A stretch of DNA of 63,949 nucleotides, the filler included, from Kipferlia bialata (lineage: Eukaryota), in assembly GCA_003568945.1 (NCBI GenBank). It is 8 parts of 8 records of this genome, joined end to end, with 100 filler letters (N's around TTAATTAATTAA, not from the genome) between each part and the next. Parts side by side here need not be neighbours in the genome. Positions count along the whole stretch, not along the records: positions 48,914 to 60,071 come from BDIP01001278.1; positions 60,172 to 62,546 come from BDIP01001295.1; positions 62,647 to 63,949 come from BDIP01001392.1; 5 more parts are not named here. The stretch is one strand, 5' to 3'. Shown here piece after piece: positions 51,906 to 63,932 of the stretch. The notes under the pieces are model-generated. The model made no database searches. It saw only the letters and a program-made list of their open reading frames with translations, and was not told where the DNA came from. The stretch's first letter is position 1, and each line of letters starts with the position of its first letter. Position numbers and translations under genes: made by a program.

Positions 51906-53415
51906 TCACCTGTATGACCTACGGTGGTCCCTGGCTCTGTCTCTGTCCCTCTCGTACCTGTCTGCCGCCCTGTCTGCCCCTGCGTCATGCCTCCCCCTGT
52001 CGTCACTGCCCCTGTCGGGTGTGCACACCAGGGCGTGGGTCATGAGGGCGGGGGTACCCCTCTGCTTGAACAGGTGCACGGCCTGCATCACACCCATGTT
52101 CAGACCCTGGCCGTGGCCCTCACCATCCTCATCATCGCCCCTAGCGGCTGCGGGGTTGAAGACGGGCAGGGCGTAGTTCTCCTTCTTGGTGGAGGCAATG
52201 GCCATGTCGAACAGCTCCTCCTTCTCCTTGGCCCCATCCTCCTCGGCTCCCTCTCCCTCTCCCTCTCCCTCCTTCTGGTCCATGGGCACGTCGCCCCCCT
52301 CCTCTCCCTCTGGGGCCTTCTCCTCCTCGCTCTCCTCCTCGCCCCTCTCCTTCCTCTCCCGGGCGGCCCTGGCCTTCTCCTTGGCCTTCCACTGGTTCTC
52401 CTTGGCCATGGCGTCTGCAGAGGCCTGGTACCGCATGCACATGAGCGACATCTGCTCCACCAGCAGCTTGTCGTCCCTCTCGGCCTTGGCAGAGGGAGTG
52501 TCGGACAGGGCGGGGGTGCCTGTGGAGGACGGGTTGTTGCGCCTGATCTCTGTGGTCAGGTGGGTCAGCACCCGCTCCTCCTGGGACTGTGGGATCTGGC
52601 ACTTGATCGCAGTGGTGCCTGGGGAGAGAGCTGGCAGCTGGGGGAGCACACGGTAGCAACGCAGCAGACCGTCACAGGAGTCGTATGACACAGCCGCAAC
52701 AGCTCCAAGGACGTCTAGGCGCTTCATAGTACCGAAGGCATTGCAGAACTTGCCCAGAAGGTCGGTGGGTAGGGACCTGGGGAACCCAGTGAGGAGCAGC
52801 CTCCAGTCCCTGCCCTCGGGGTCTGTGGTGTCTCTCTTGCACACATCAACCATCACCTCACGCATCAGAACAGACACATCCACGGGGGGGATGCGCTTAG
52901 CAGCAGGAACCCCCACAGGCATAGCACCGGGGATGCTGGCTCCAGGCAGACTGGCGGGGCCCACACCACCCATGGGAGCGGCCTGGCCAGGGACAAAGTG
53001 TCTCTGAGGCATGGATATATTACGCAGACGCTGACTCTCATAAGCCTGTTCCTGGGATGACATCCCAGGCATCATATCACCCTGTGGCATCATGGGCTGG
53101 GCGTAGGATCCGGTACCTAGTATAAGAATGTATATTCCCCCACGAACAGAGCACAGAAAGAATAATACCTGGTATGTTCTGAACGGGAACTGTCGGCTGG
53201 GGAGCGGGTCCAGTCCCAGGAATGTACTCAAGAGGCTTGGACTCATCTGAAGGTCCATCTATAGCCTGTGGAGCCTCAGAAGTGCCTGGAACATGTGAAG
53301 CAACAGGAGGAGCGGCCTGGACGGGCCTAGGAATCGACACACTCTTACTGGTGGGTCCAGTGGAAACTACACTGGTGATTTCGGGCTGAGGTGCCCCTGG
53401 AAGCCCTGGCTGCAT
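51906..53415 (-). CDS. RRM-containing protein, RBM25/Snu71-like; exons 53415-53169 and 53116-51906
   Basis: Pro/Met-rich N-terminus, RRM-like WRLLLTGFPRSLPTDLLGKFCNAFG...AVAAVSYDSCDGLLRCYRVL, acidic tract and RD-rich end. Confidence 0.6.
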
Positions 53416-53489
53416 CTTTCTCCTAGAACGACAGCTGAAGAGGCAGGCTGCCTCAGGCAGGCTCTGAGCTCGAAACCCTTTCAGCAAAA

Positions 53490-53810
53490 ATGCTGGTCAT
53501 TGATGATGACCTATCTGGCACTCTCTACTTAGTAGACTACGGGATGTCCACCAATTCCCTTTTCGAGCGGCTGCCGCAACTTAGAGATTTCCAGTGGCGG
53601 TTAGACCTCCGGGTATCAGATGCTGCTGGGTCTGCGGCGCCTGAGCCTGTGTATGTACTTAGCTTTGTGGTAGAGAATGACGGTGAGGATAGAGAGGTGT
53701 TCTTAGAGGCCGACCATGCTGCTCTGAGGAACTTTTCTGATATTCTGGATCAGATGCTCAGAGATGCCCGCTCTGGGCACGCTAGGAAGATGATGAGGGA
53801 CGTGGCTTGA
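53490..53810 (+). CDS. COMMD2: COMM-domain protein, COMMD2-like, intronless (alternative start 53544)
   Basis: LPQLRDFQWRLDLRVS...EPVYVLSF...VFLEADHAALRNFSDILDQMLRDARSGHARKMMR matches the COMM domain and COMMD2 tail. Confidence 0.72.
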   Translation: MLVIDDDLSGTLYLVDYGMSTNSLFERLPQLRDFQWRLDLRVSDAAGSAAPEPVYVLSFVVENDGEDREVFLEADHAALRNFSDILDQMLRDARSGHARKMMRDVA

Positions 53811-54200
53811 TCAGTGTCCACTCCCTCCCTGGGATTACAGCTCCTCCCACCACACTGGAGTCAGTCACGGGGCACTGATGGCTGCACAGCTTCCAGACGG
53901 TATAGTATCGTGTTGAGTCCCTGGATAGTGAGGACTCCATGAACCTTCCTCTCCATTGAGGAGAGTACCCATTATCCAGTGTGTGTAAATACAGTCTGGA
54001 TCCTCTGAACCTATTGTGGAATAGCAGATATAGAAATAGATAGCTCTGTGTTGTGTATCCCTTAAGTGCTTTATATGTACTGTGTGACCCTCCAACTGGG
54101 AGTAGTATTTGGCCTTGTATCACAATCACAAGCAAGAACCCTTATCAAAAAGTGACACTGTGTTGACACCCCTCTCCACTCTCGTACCACTATCACTGGG

Positions 54201-55177
54201 ATGGATCCCTTTGCCGTGAACCAGATCTCTGCTGAGGACCGTAACTATTGGCCGGACATTCCCTATAGCGCAGAGACGGAGGACAGGGGATATCAGGTGG
54301 GTACACACCCTACTGTATACTCCTGGTATGTATATCTTGTACCAGTGACCCCAGGTGTCTGCCGATGCCCTCGAGGCTATGCACGGTCTCCCCTTGGTCG
54401 TGGCGTCTGTGACAGAGGTATCTATCATTGGTTGACTTAAACACAAGGGACTGGTATATGTATCTATATGCACTCATCCATCAGGCGTGTCCCCTGGTCC
54501 ACAGCATGGCAGCAGTCCCCCAGGACCCCACAGCAGACAGCGATGTGATTGAGGTGCCCTGCGATGGGTGGGTGGTGGCGCTCTCCCCCTCCCTCCAGAC
54601 ATGTTTCCTCTACCCTAGGCACATGCACGTGGACGTCCCAGAGCCAAGGTATTGGGGCACCCTCAGTGTATCTCAGGGCATATCTGGATGTCTCTACATA
54701 TACTTGTGTTCTTCTCTCAACTCCAGGTTACGGCACTCCACCCAGGCACTGATCAGGTCGATAGTGGGCACTCTCAAGCCCTCCAGTGTGCTCATTCTCG
54801 ATGCTGTACCCAGCACAGGCTTCGGAGGCCTCTTCTTCCTGTCGTCCAACCCACTGCCCCACCCCCTTGCCCTACCTCCCCGCTGCACCCTCAGTCCTGT
54901 GGCCGGGTCGGTGGTCAGGGCCTGTCTAGGTACAGATGGAGATGTCCCATTCACAGCTGCTGTCGTTGCCCCCTCCGAGCACCTCCCCCCCACCATGTCC
55001 CACCATGCATGGGCAGACCCCTCCTTAACTAGCCGTGCCGCTGCCACTCCCTATGTGGCACAGATGGAGGGCCTGGTCGGGGCAGCGGGGACACCCCGTC
55101 GGACAGTAGTGCTGGCTGCTACCAGACGCGTAGTCAGAAACACCCTGGACTGTGCCATACCCGCCATGTATCTGTGA
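54201..55177 (+). CDS. Proteasome assembly chaperone 1 (PAC1/PSMG1)-like, 4 exons
   Basis: Spliced ORF with SSVLILDAV, LPPRCTLSPVAGSVV and C-terminal HbYX motif (AMYL*). Confidence 0.5.
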
Positions 55178-55417
55178 TGCTTATTCATTATTATTTGTTA
55201 TTTGCTTGATGTCGTACCTGGGGCATTGTATATAAACTAGCGTGGACTCTGAGAGTAGAATATTAATAGCTACACAACTCGATGAGGTCAGGTCTGCTGA
55301 GGCTCAGCCTGAGCAACTTTGAACGATAAAAAACACAAAAGGGTTAGGTAACTCTATGCATACGACAGTGCAGACACTAGATCTCTGGCCTATGTCTTCT
55401 CTCTGTATCTGACTCTG

Positions 55418-56592
55418 ATGACTTGTGACTGCTGCCCCCTCTGTGGGAATGAAGAAACAGAGACCTATGGTGTGAGTAGAGATGAGGTTCGGTACCTGTC
55501 GTGTCCTGTTTGCCGCCTCGTATTCAGAGATAGGTATAGGCTCCTCTTATATAGATCTATTATTAATATTACTGTGATCTTCATATGAATCTCTCTCTCT
55601 CTCTATGTCCCTCACCCTCAGGTCTATGTTGCTCAGTGAGGAGGAGGAGAAGGAGCGCTATGCCAAGCATGAGAATGACCCAGCTGATACAAGGTAGGAT
55701 AGCTCTCTTTTCATTCTATCTCCCTCTTTATACTCAGATACCGTAAGTTCCTGGCCCGTCTGTGGCACCCTGTGAGAGACCGCCTGAGGACACTGTCTGA
55801 AGGAGGTACGGTTATGTCTCTCAGGAGGTGTTTCCCTACACACCAATCCCAGTTGGTTTGAGTCCCAGATTGTACTGGATTGTCAATACCTTCATAGATA
55901 GGAGTTCCCTCACTATCAGCCAGCCTGAAGGGCATTGACTTTGGGGCCGGGCCAGGCCCCACCTTGAATCTGATGGCCATGGAGGACGGGTACCCGTGTG
56001 TGACGTATGACCCATTCTTCAACCCCGACAGAGAGGCAATCACCCGGCAGTATGCATTCGTCACATGCTCTGAGGTACCGCTCGATTACTCTTGTATAAT
56101 CTTTCTGATACGGCCTCTGTTCCCTTCCCTTCCCGTCTTTCAAGGACATCCAGCAACTAAGCGGCAGGTTGTAGAGCACTTCAACAAGGTCTCGGTAGAT
56201 ATGGCACTTCTGACGTCCCTGGTATGTCCTGCTCCATCCTGTCTACCCCATCGCTCACTCTTCAGTAGGGTCTGGTCTGTATATGTCTCCCCCCTCACCC
56301 CCCAGGTTGAGCCGGGTGGCCTCCTGGGCATCATGACATCGAGACACTTTGAGGACACAAACATACTCAAGGTTTGTACATCTGTGGCAATTGACTGCTT
56401 AATTACCACTTTGTCAATCACTGCTCTGGTTCCCCCTCACTTCAGTGGCATTACAGAGAGGACCCCACACACATATCCTTCTTCCACAACGACACTGTTG
56501 CGTATGTTGCAAAGCAGTATGGCTTTGAAGAGCCTGAGTTTGTGTCCAAGTCTGTGGTGCTGCTTAGGAAGAGGACCGAGGATGCGTGCTAG
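55418..56592 (+). CDS. Class I SAM-dependent methyltransferase with an N-terminal Zn ribbon (bacterial Methyltransf_23-like), 7 exons
   Basis: CPLC...YLSCPVCRLVF...LSEEEEKERYAKHENDPAD..YRKFL...GIDFGAGPGPTL...YDPFF...VTCSEVVEHF...VEPGGLLGIMT...WHYREDPTHISFF. Confidence 0.85.
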
Positions 56593-56928
56593 TGGTAGAT
56601 GTGGTATTTTGTACCTTTCGGTCTGTGTAGTACAATGTAGAATCTATCTGGTATTGATCTCCGATGATGTGGGTTACGATGCTTTTGCAGAATAACCAAC
56701 ATGCAGGGTATCCCAATCCAGTAAGACATCCAGTATTTGTTCTCTTATGTCCATGATATGCCCAGTGAAGTGGGAAAGTGGGACGTGACGATTCTCAGTT
56801 TGCCACGTGACGCAAACGATAACCGCGTAAGAAATGAAAAACCGAAAGGGGTTTAAGTTATGACCAAAAAAGTCTGAACCCTTTGGTGAGTTTTCATACG
56901 AGCGTTCTCTCAGCCCTAGTAGAAAGAA

Positions 56929-58083
56929 ATGACCACTAGACACATCAAGAACGTTGTGGTTGGTGACGGAGCTGTCGGTACGTGGATTATCTGTATTTTA
57001 GAGTCATTAATTTGTTCTTTCTGTTTGCAACACTTATTCTGTACTATGTTTTCTGTTTCAGAGGGAAATTAAGTTGTCAAGCGTTCTACCAGTCATTCCT
57101 TTGGTTGTTGTTATTATGTTGTTGCAGTGTGTATGATAAGTTATTGTGTAGAGCTATATGTGTTCAAACACTGTTATTTCTGCCTTCCTCCCACTCCAGG
57201 TAAGACATGCCTGCTCTGGGTCTATGCCAACAACGTACGTAAGTTTGAGCCCCTCACCTTCGCGCAGTTCTATATTGTTTTTGTCCCTTCATAAATATGT
57301 CCCCTGCCTCTCAATTCAGCCTGCATTCATTCTTCACATTGCAGTCAGTGGTCGATACTCTCTCTGTTGTACACACAACTCAAGATGATGTGATCCCTTC
57401 CCAACGTTTGCTCTTCTCCACATTACACCTTATCCCAGGCCTTCCCCGAGGACTACGTGCCCACTGTGTTTGACAACTACTCTGCCAACGTGCTTGTGGA
57501 CAACAAGACCATCAACCTCGGACTCTGGGATACCGCCGGTCAGGAGGATTACGACAGGCTGCGCCCCCTCTCCTACCCTGGAGCCCATGTGTTCATCATC
57601 TGCTACTCCGTGGACAACCCCACCTCATACGAGAACGTCCTCGACAAGTGGTACCCCGAGGTGTCCCACCACTGCCCCAACGTGCCCATCATCCTCGTAG
57701 GTATGTACGCATGCAGACATATAGGCATGATGTAAGATATCCAACTGGATGAGACAGGAGGTGGTCACTAGTGTGTTATGTCTTGTCCCTTTTGCCTGGT
57801 ATAGCCAAGTGTGTTATCACAGTATGTGCTGTCTGACCCCCTAGGCACCAAGTCCGATCTGCGTGAGGAGCCCTCCGTGGTTGAGAAGCTGAGGGCCAAG
57901 GGCCAGTCCCCCATCACACCCGCCCAGGGAGAGGCCCTGCGCAAGAAGATTGGGGCTGTGGACCACGTCATCTGCTCCGCCAAGACCCAGTACAACGTCA
58001 AGGCTGTCTTCGACTGTGCCATCCGCTCTGTGCTCCAGCCCGCCAAGGCCGCTGATGCCGGGTTCAGGTGCCCCCTGATGTAA
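56929..58083 (+). CDS. RAC: Rac-family small GTPase; exons 56929-56977, 57200-57234, 57439-57700, 57845-58083
   Basis: [49 protein letters not shown] box CPLM. Confidence 0.96.
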
Positions 58084-58558
58084 GGAGGGACCCCCCCCCC
58101 CCTTCCCCCCCACTCCTCATCACTCCCCTGATCCTTGTGTCCTGTATTGGCTTGTGAGGGTCATTTTTGGACCTGTATTATTGTGACTGCTTGTGTCACT
58201 GCTAATAGATCACGCATTGTGGTTATCCTGGGAGTCGATATATGTATCCAGATACTTCAAGTGGTTCCATCCGAGTGGTACAAAGTACACTTAATATATT
58301 GAATCCAGGCGCATGGCCTTCCGTCACGGTTGCAGAACAACACAACATCTGCCTCCAATAGTGGCTCTCCAACACACCACTCCCATATATATACGTATAT
58401 ATGTATGTATGACACCCAATAGGGAGAGTGATCGGCTCCTTACGCGGGAGGGTGTAAATACGAGACAGAGCAATGGAAGTACCCAGAACAAAGATATGAG
58501 TCAACATCACTATCACAGGTCCCAACCACACACTCTTACATAGAGTCCCCCACCCATA

Positions 58559-58948
58559 TCACTGGTTGGGCTCTGGGGCCAGCAGCATGCGGGGGATGGC
58601 GTCTGTGATGGGGTAGACGGTGCCGCACCCCGGGCAGGTCAGGGTCCCGGTCTGGACCTCCCTCACAAACAGGGCGTTGAACAGCGCATAGAGGAAGGCC
58701 TCGTCGGAGGCAGGGTCGTCGGGGAGTGTGGCAGGAAGAGACCCCAGGACGTCGGTCCACCCCAGGCCCTGGATGGCGGCTATGAGGCCAGGGTAGTCCA
58801 GCCGGGGCAGGAACCTCACAACGTGCTCGGGCACAAACTCCAGGCCCTCAATGTCGGAGAAGGCCTCGGCCTGCAGCTCCAGCATGCGGTCCTCGATGCC
58901 ACAGGCAGGGACACTGCAGGTCAGGATGTTCAGCATGATGAGCTTCAT
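58559..58948 (-). CDS. TRM112: Multifunctional methyltransferase activator TRM112, intronless
   Basis: MKLIMLNILTC...FLPRLDYPGL...GTLTCPGCGTVYPITDAIPRMLL. Confidence 0.93.
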   Translation of the reverse strand: MKLIMLNILTCSVPACGIEDRMLELQAEAFSDIEGLEFVPEHVVRFLPRLDYPGLIAAIQGLGWTDVLGSLPATLPDDPASDEAFLYALFNALFVREVQTGTLTCPGCGTVYPITDAIPRMLLAPEPNQ

Positions 58949-59123
58949 CTCTGGCGACGGTAATCCAGAGAGAGTGGTCCAATATCATGTTGTCAGATAC
59001 AACTGTTTTTGCTTTCGTGTCCTAAGGGTTCACTTCAGAGCAGTGAGAGCCTTCTCACACTGCTCGGCGTCCCTGCCCTGCACCACATACCCACTTATAC
59101 TGAACCCCTACGCCGCTTGAGTC

Positions 59124-59942
59124 ATGTCGTTCTTCCGCCGGAAGGAGAGGCAGCCTGCCGAGGTGCTGCGTGCCATCAGGGACAACCTGCTGAGTGAGGA
59201 CGGGGGGCCCCAGGCCAACCCCGGCGTCAGTGCCCGGCTGGACAGGTCCCTGGCCGTGCTCAAGGAGATGCTCTACGGAGACGAGGTGGGTGGGAATCGG
59301 TTATGGTACGGGTGCGTTGAGTTGGTGTTGCTCTCTTAGACTGACACTAGGCAGCCCCCGACACCGACCTCTACACAGAGCTTGTGCACCAGGCACTTCA
59401 GACAGATGTGGTGTACCTGCTCATCTCCGACATGGCCTCTCTCTCCTTCGAGGGCCGCCACGATGCAGTGCAGTGCATATCAAGCCTCGTCAGGTGGGTC
59501 ACTGTACTGCAACCAGTGTTTCTGTTTGTACAATATAGTGAAGTTGATCAGGTGACTCTTCATGCTCTATTCTCATCCCAGGCGGTGCAAGGATGAGACC
59601 AGAAGTAGGCGGTCTCTCACCGAGGTATGCATAGTGATTATCACTATTCTCTATGTGTCTCTCTGTTGTCCGTCGCTTCAACCATATGTGTATCCATCCT
59701 TTGCAGTCCAGCACACAATCCAGTCCTTAGATTGTAGTGGGCATATGGTGTTCCGACCCTCCATTCCCTGTGTACATCCATCTGTGACCATGCCTCATGA
59801 CCCTAGGACTACATCCTCAACACCCACCCTGACACCCTTGCCCTGCTGGTCAGGGGGTACGGGGTGCCTGACATCGGCCTGGCCTGTGGCCAACTCATCA
59901 GAGAGTTCATGCGCCACAAGGCCATCCTCGAGGCATTCCTAG
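59124..59942 (+). CDS. CAB39: MO25/CAB39 scaffold protein, N-terminal 4 exons (3'-truncated)
   Basis: MSFFRRKERQPAEVLRAIRDNL...LKEMLYGDE...LSFEGRHDAVQCISSLVR...LVRGYGVPDIGLACGQLIREFMRH. Confidence 0.9.
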
Positions 59943-60021
59943 GTGCGGTGCGGTGGATGGTATATATATGAGGGGTGGCACTATGAGTGTATCAGAGGCT
60001 ATTACTCTTCCCCATTCATCC

Positions 60022-60069
<48 letters not shown>

Positions 60070-60071
60070 TT

Positions 60072-60171
60072 NNNNNNNNNNNNNNNNNNNNNNNNNNNNN
60101 NNNNNNNNNNNNNNNTTAATTAATTAANNNNNNNNNNNNNNNNNNNNNNNNNNNNNNNNNNNNNNNNNNNN
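60072..60171. other. Artificial contig spacer
   Basis: N44-TTAATTAATTAA-N44. Confidence 0.97.
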
Positions 60172-60628
60172 GGGTGTTTTTTTCCCCCCTTGCCCCCCCC
60201 CCCCCCCCCCCTTACCCCTAGGCAATGAGGTCAGGGTCGACAGGCTGCAGGACATCCTCTAGATTAGCTGTCGGGCCATGTGTACATATGTACCCATGGG
60301 ATCCTGTATATTAACAGGGGTTTGGTGTTTTTTGTTACTGGTATCCGTATGAAGTGTGAGTATAATAGAGTGTGTCAGAGTCAGATGCAAGACTCTTGCT
60401 CTATACTCATGTGCTAAGTCACACTTGACCCATTCTCAAACCAACTATTACTTTTGATACCTTGCCTTTATGCTATAAGTGCAAATACAAATTATAGTGT
60501 TACAGTCTATCCAACACAACCCTCCATTCGGTAAACGAACGAACACCCTCCACAAAAGAACGTATGGGTGAACACATATAAAGGGCTTGATCCAATACGG
60601 ACCGTGTCATATGAATCCTCATTGATGT

Positions 60629-62501
60629 CTAGGAGACCCCGTAGAAGTCATTGGCCTGCTGCAGCACTGACCTGGTCTGGTCAGAACAGAGGGGAAGCAG
60701 AGTGTGAATAGAGTAGATATCGATAGTGACCCACCTCCCCCTAGTCAGTCCCACACTCTGCGTCACAGACCGGCCCCTCTCCCCCTCCCTCTCTCTGTCG
60801 GATAGAGGGGCATATGCCCCATAGGGGCTGTACCTGAGGTAGGACGAGACATAGGTTTGGGGATCAGAATGACACGAGACATACCTGCCAACAGAGGGCC
60901 GTGTCACCTCTCTCTCTCTTTCTCTCTCCCTATCTCTCCCCCCCTGTCCCTTGATACCGGCCAGCTGTCTCGAGAACGCAGCAAGGTTCGAGGGGTCCAG
61001 AGACACTCCCACAGCCCCTATGGGAGGGGTGCTCTCTCCCCCAGCCGCATATGCCGCCACAGACCCTGGGCCAGGCTGGACAGAGAAAGGGTCGGACGAG
61101 GGTCTGGGGGTGAGAACGACAAATATCAACACCTGCACTGCGTGTACTCTAGTGTACAGTGATACTGATACAGTGATACATCATGCACTGAGTACCTCAG
61201 GTGGGCCCCTGGAAGAGAGGGGAGGGCATCGGTGGGGGCACGGGAAGCACTGAGGGTGGGACTAGTGGATAGGAGGTGATGCTAATGAACCACACAGTCC
61301 ATGAGACAAACTATATAGTATATGATGCATATATGTGTATATATACCTCCTAGTTGGGCTACGAGTGACACTGCGCCTCTCCCTCTCCCTCTCCCTCTCC
61401 CTCCCTGTCTGTCTCACTGGACTAGGCACTATCGGGTTGGGCTGGGAGGAGGGGTCTACAACAAACCCAGAGCCCCGCTCCAGCCCCCTCTCTGCCTCTC
61501 TCCCCCTGTGTCCCCTACCCACAGAGAGCCAGGAGGTGTCGTCGTCATCCCCCAACACTACAGCGCCGCCTGAGACTGGGGTAGGAACACAGGCATATAT
61601 AGGAACACAGATGTATGAGGTAGTATAGTGGCAGGGAGGTTGTACTAGAGACAAAAGATAGCATATCAGTACCTGGTGGAGAAGGCTGGGCAACAGACAC
61701 ACTGACCGCCTCTCTCTCCCTCTGCCTCTGCTGGGCTCCCCTACCCCCCAGAATGTCCATCAGGGTCTCTCCCTCCCCCTCCTCCCCCATATCCATATCC
61801 CCCATCGTCAGGGCACCACCCTGATCCACCCTGACGGCACCTGAGGTCTGGGCCTGGGCCGCCTTGCTCTCCGCCTTGGTGCGTATCAGCTCTTGTTCCA
61901 GGGCAGCACGGACAGACCGCTCAATCTGAGGGGTGAGGATAGCAATGTGGACGGTAAATATGTGACAAACACTCCCACTACACAACTAGCACTGTTAGGA
62001 TACCACGTATACATTTACAGCCCCCACCTCAAGTGTCCGTGACACCTCTGCCAACTTGGCCGAAGTCTGCTCCAGCTCTCTCTCTCTCTCCTGGTCCCTG
62101 TCCCGGGAGAATGGGGCAGCCTCTCCCTGGGCAGTGGTGATGGGGACACCTGCATCTGCAGCATGGGGGGTCTGGCCTGGGGTGAGACAGAGACATAGGC
62201 AGAGAGAGGGGGAGAGGGTACTGTGAGGCACACAGATACCAGGCACCTAGTGACTTCTGGACTGCCTGTGCGGTCGATGACACAAAGGCCGCATCGGCAT
62301 TGTAGATGCGCCTGGGGTTAGATGGAGACATGTAGTCCGATACGATATATCAAAGGCTGTACCACTCACTTGTACTGGTCGAACTCGTCCAGGATGCCCT
62401 CTCTCTCTCTCTCCCCCTCTCTGATGGTGATCTTGTTGGTCTCCACTGCCACAGTGAGTGCGGCCACCTCCTCCCTCAGGCCCTTGATGATGGAGGTGAA
62501 C
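60629..62501 (-). CDS. Multi-exon hypothetical protein, 3' part (coiled-coil/low complexity)
   Basis: GC-rich exons with consensus splice sites, e.g. IERSVRAALEQELIRTKAESKAAQ; ends QQANDFYGVS*. Confidence 0.6.
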
Positions 62502-62546
62502 CTAGGGTGGGGGGGGGGGGGGGGGGGAGCAGCAACCCACCCCCTC

Positions 62547-62646
62547 NNNNNNNNNNNNNNNNNNNNNNNNNNNNNNNNNNNNNNNNNNNNTTAATTAATT
62601 AANNNNNNNNNNNNNNNNNNNNNNNNNNNNNNNNNNNNNNNNNNNN
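62547..62646. other. Artificial contig spacer
   Basis: N44-TTAATTAATTAA-N44. Confidence 0.97.
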
Positions 62647-62695
62647 GGTTCATTTTTGGGCGTATTACCCCCCCCCCCCCCCCCCCCACCCCAGA

Positions 62696-63862
62696 TTGGG
62701 TGCCAGCAGCCTGTGGACAAGGGTGTCGACACGGGGCTGGTCACATTCGCAGACAAGTTCCTCCAGCTCTCAAGTGGTATGTCTTACTTACCATAGTATC
62801 TATAATCAGTTGTTTAGTTTTGAGCTGAGTCCTCACCCCAGACCCCAATGATCCTGTGTCCCTGGGTGATCTGCTGGTCACACCTAGAGAGGTCATGAGG
62901 CTGATAGGGTGAGGGCATATGGTCTATATGAAGTTGGTATTTTTGCCTCTCTATATCTGTGTGTCTCACACCCAGTGTGTTCCGTCAGAGGGCCAGTGAG
63001 CTGGGTCACCTCTACACCCCCAGGGTGTCCTCCCTCGACTCAGACTCACCCTCCCCCATCGAGATGCCCCTGCCTGTCTATCTGACCAGGGAGTTCAGTG
63101 CACACAAGTGGAAGGAGAGGTACAGAGGGACACTCTACTGGTGTCTGTGTTCTTACTTATCGTTTCTTCTCGGTCCTTTCCTCACCCCCAGCTACCCCGA
63201 GGACGCCCTGCCCTACCTCGCCTTCCTCCTGCACTGCCACTTCAACCTGGAGTCCACAGTCTCCATCAGAAGGTTCACAGCGGCCATGGTGCAGTTCCAG
63301 AGGATGTACAGGTACTGTAGTATACCCCTTCTACCCCCCTTATCCCCTTATATTGTATATAGTATCTAGCTGACCTAACCCCCTAGGGATGAGTCGAGAC
63401 CTGCCTACCACAACAGCACCCATGCGACAGATGCCACCCAGATGGTCGGTGTGATGCTGCACAGGCTGAGGCAGACAGGTACTGTATTATATATACCTAC
63501 CATATACTATATATTTACATTGTCCCTCACCCCTAGAGTGTGGCCGCTCCCTAGCACCCCCCACCGCTGTCTGTGTGATGCTACTGGCTGCTGCGGCACA
63601 CGATGTGGAGCACTGCGGCGTGAGTGCAGATCTGCTCACCACCATCAGGCACCCTTTGTACCACATGTTTGGATCGGAGAGCACACTTGAGCACTACCAC
63701 TCTCTGCTGGGCCTGTTCACACTGAGGTGAGGGCTCTATCTCTTGTCACACTAGAAGTGTACTCACCCCAGGTACTACAGCGTGTTCGACATGATGTCCC
63801 CCAGTGAGAGGAAGGCCAGCACCAGTCTGTTCTCCAGCATCATCCTGGCCACAGACCCAAAG
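62696..63862 (+). CDS. Class I 3',5'-cyclic-nucleotide phosphodiesterase, internal exons, visible active-site motifs intact
   Basis: AYHNSTHATDATQ, LLAAAAHDVEHCG, HPLYHMFGSESTLEHYH, IILATDPK. Confidence 0.92.
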
Positions 63863-63892
63863 GTGGGTGTGCACATACATGTAGTACATATT

Positions 63893-63932
<40 letters not shown>

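Noticed and set aside
49311..52688. Long plus-strand ORFs 49311..50234 and 51924..52688
   Set aside because: Antisense shadows of the GC-rich kelch and RRM coding exons
167..58948. Non-standard genetic code (TAA/TAG read as Gln, as in hexamitid diplomonads)
   Set aside because: Dynein and the methyltransferase end at TAG and Rac at TAA directly after its CAAX box; no in-frame TAR seen in conserved exons
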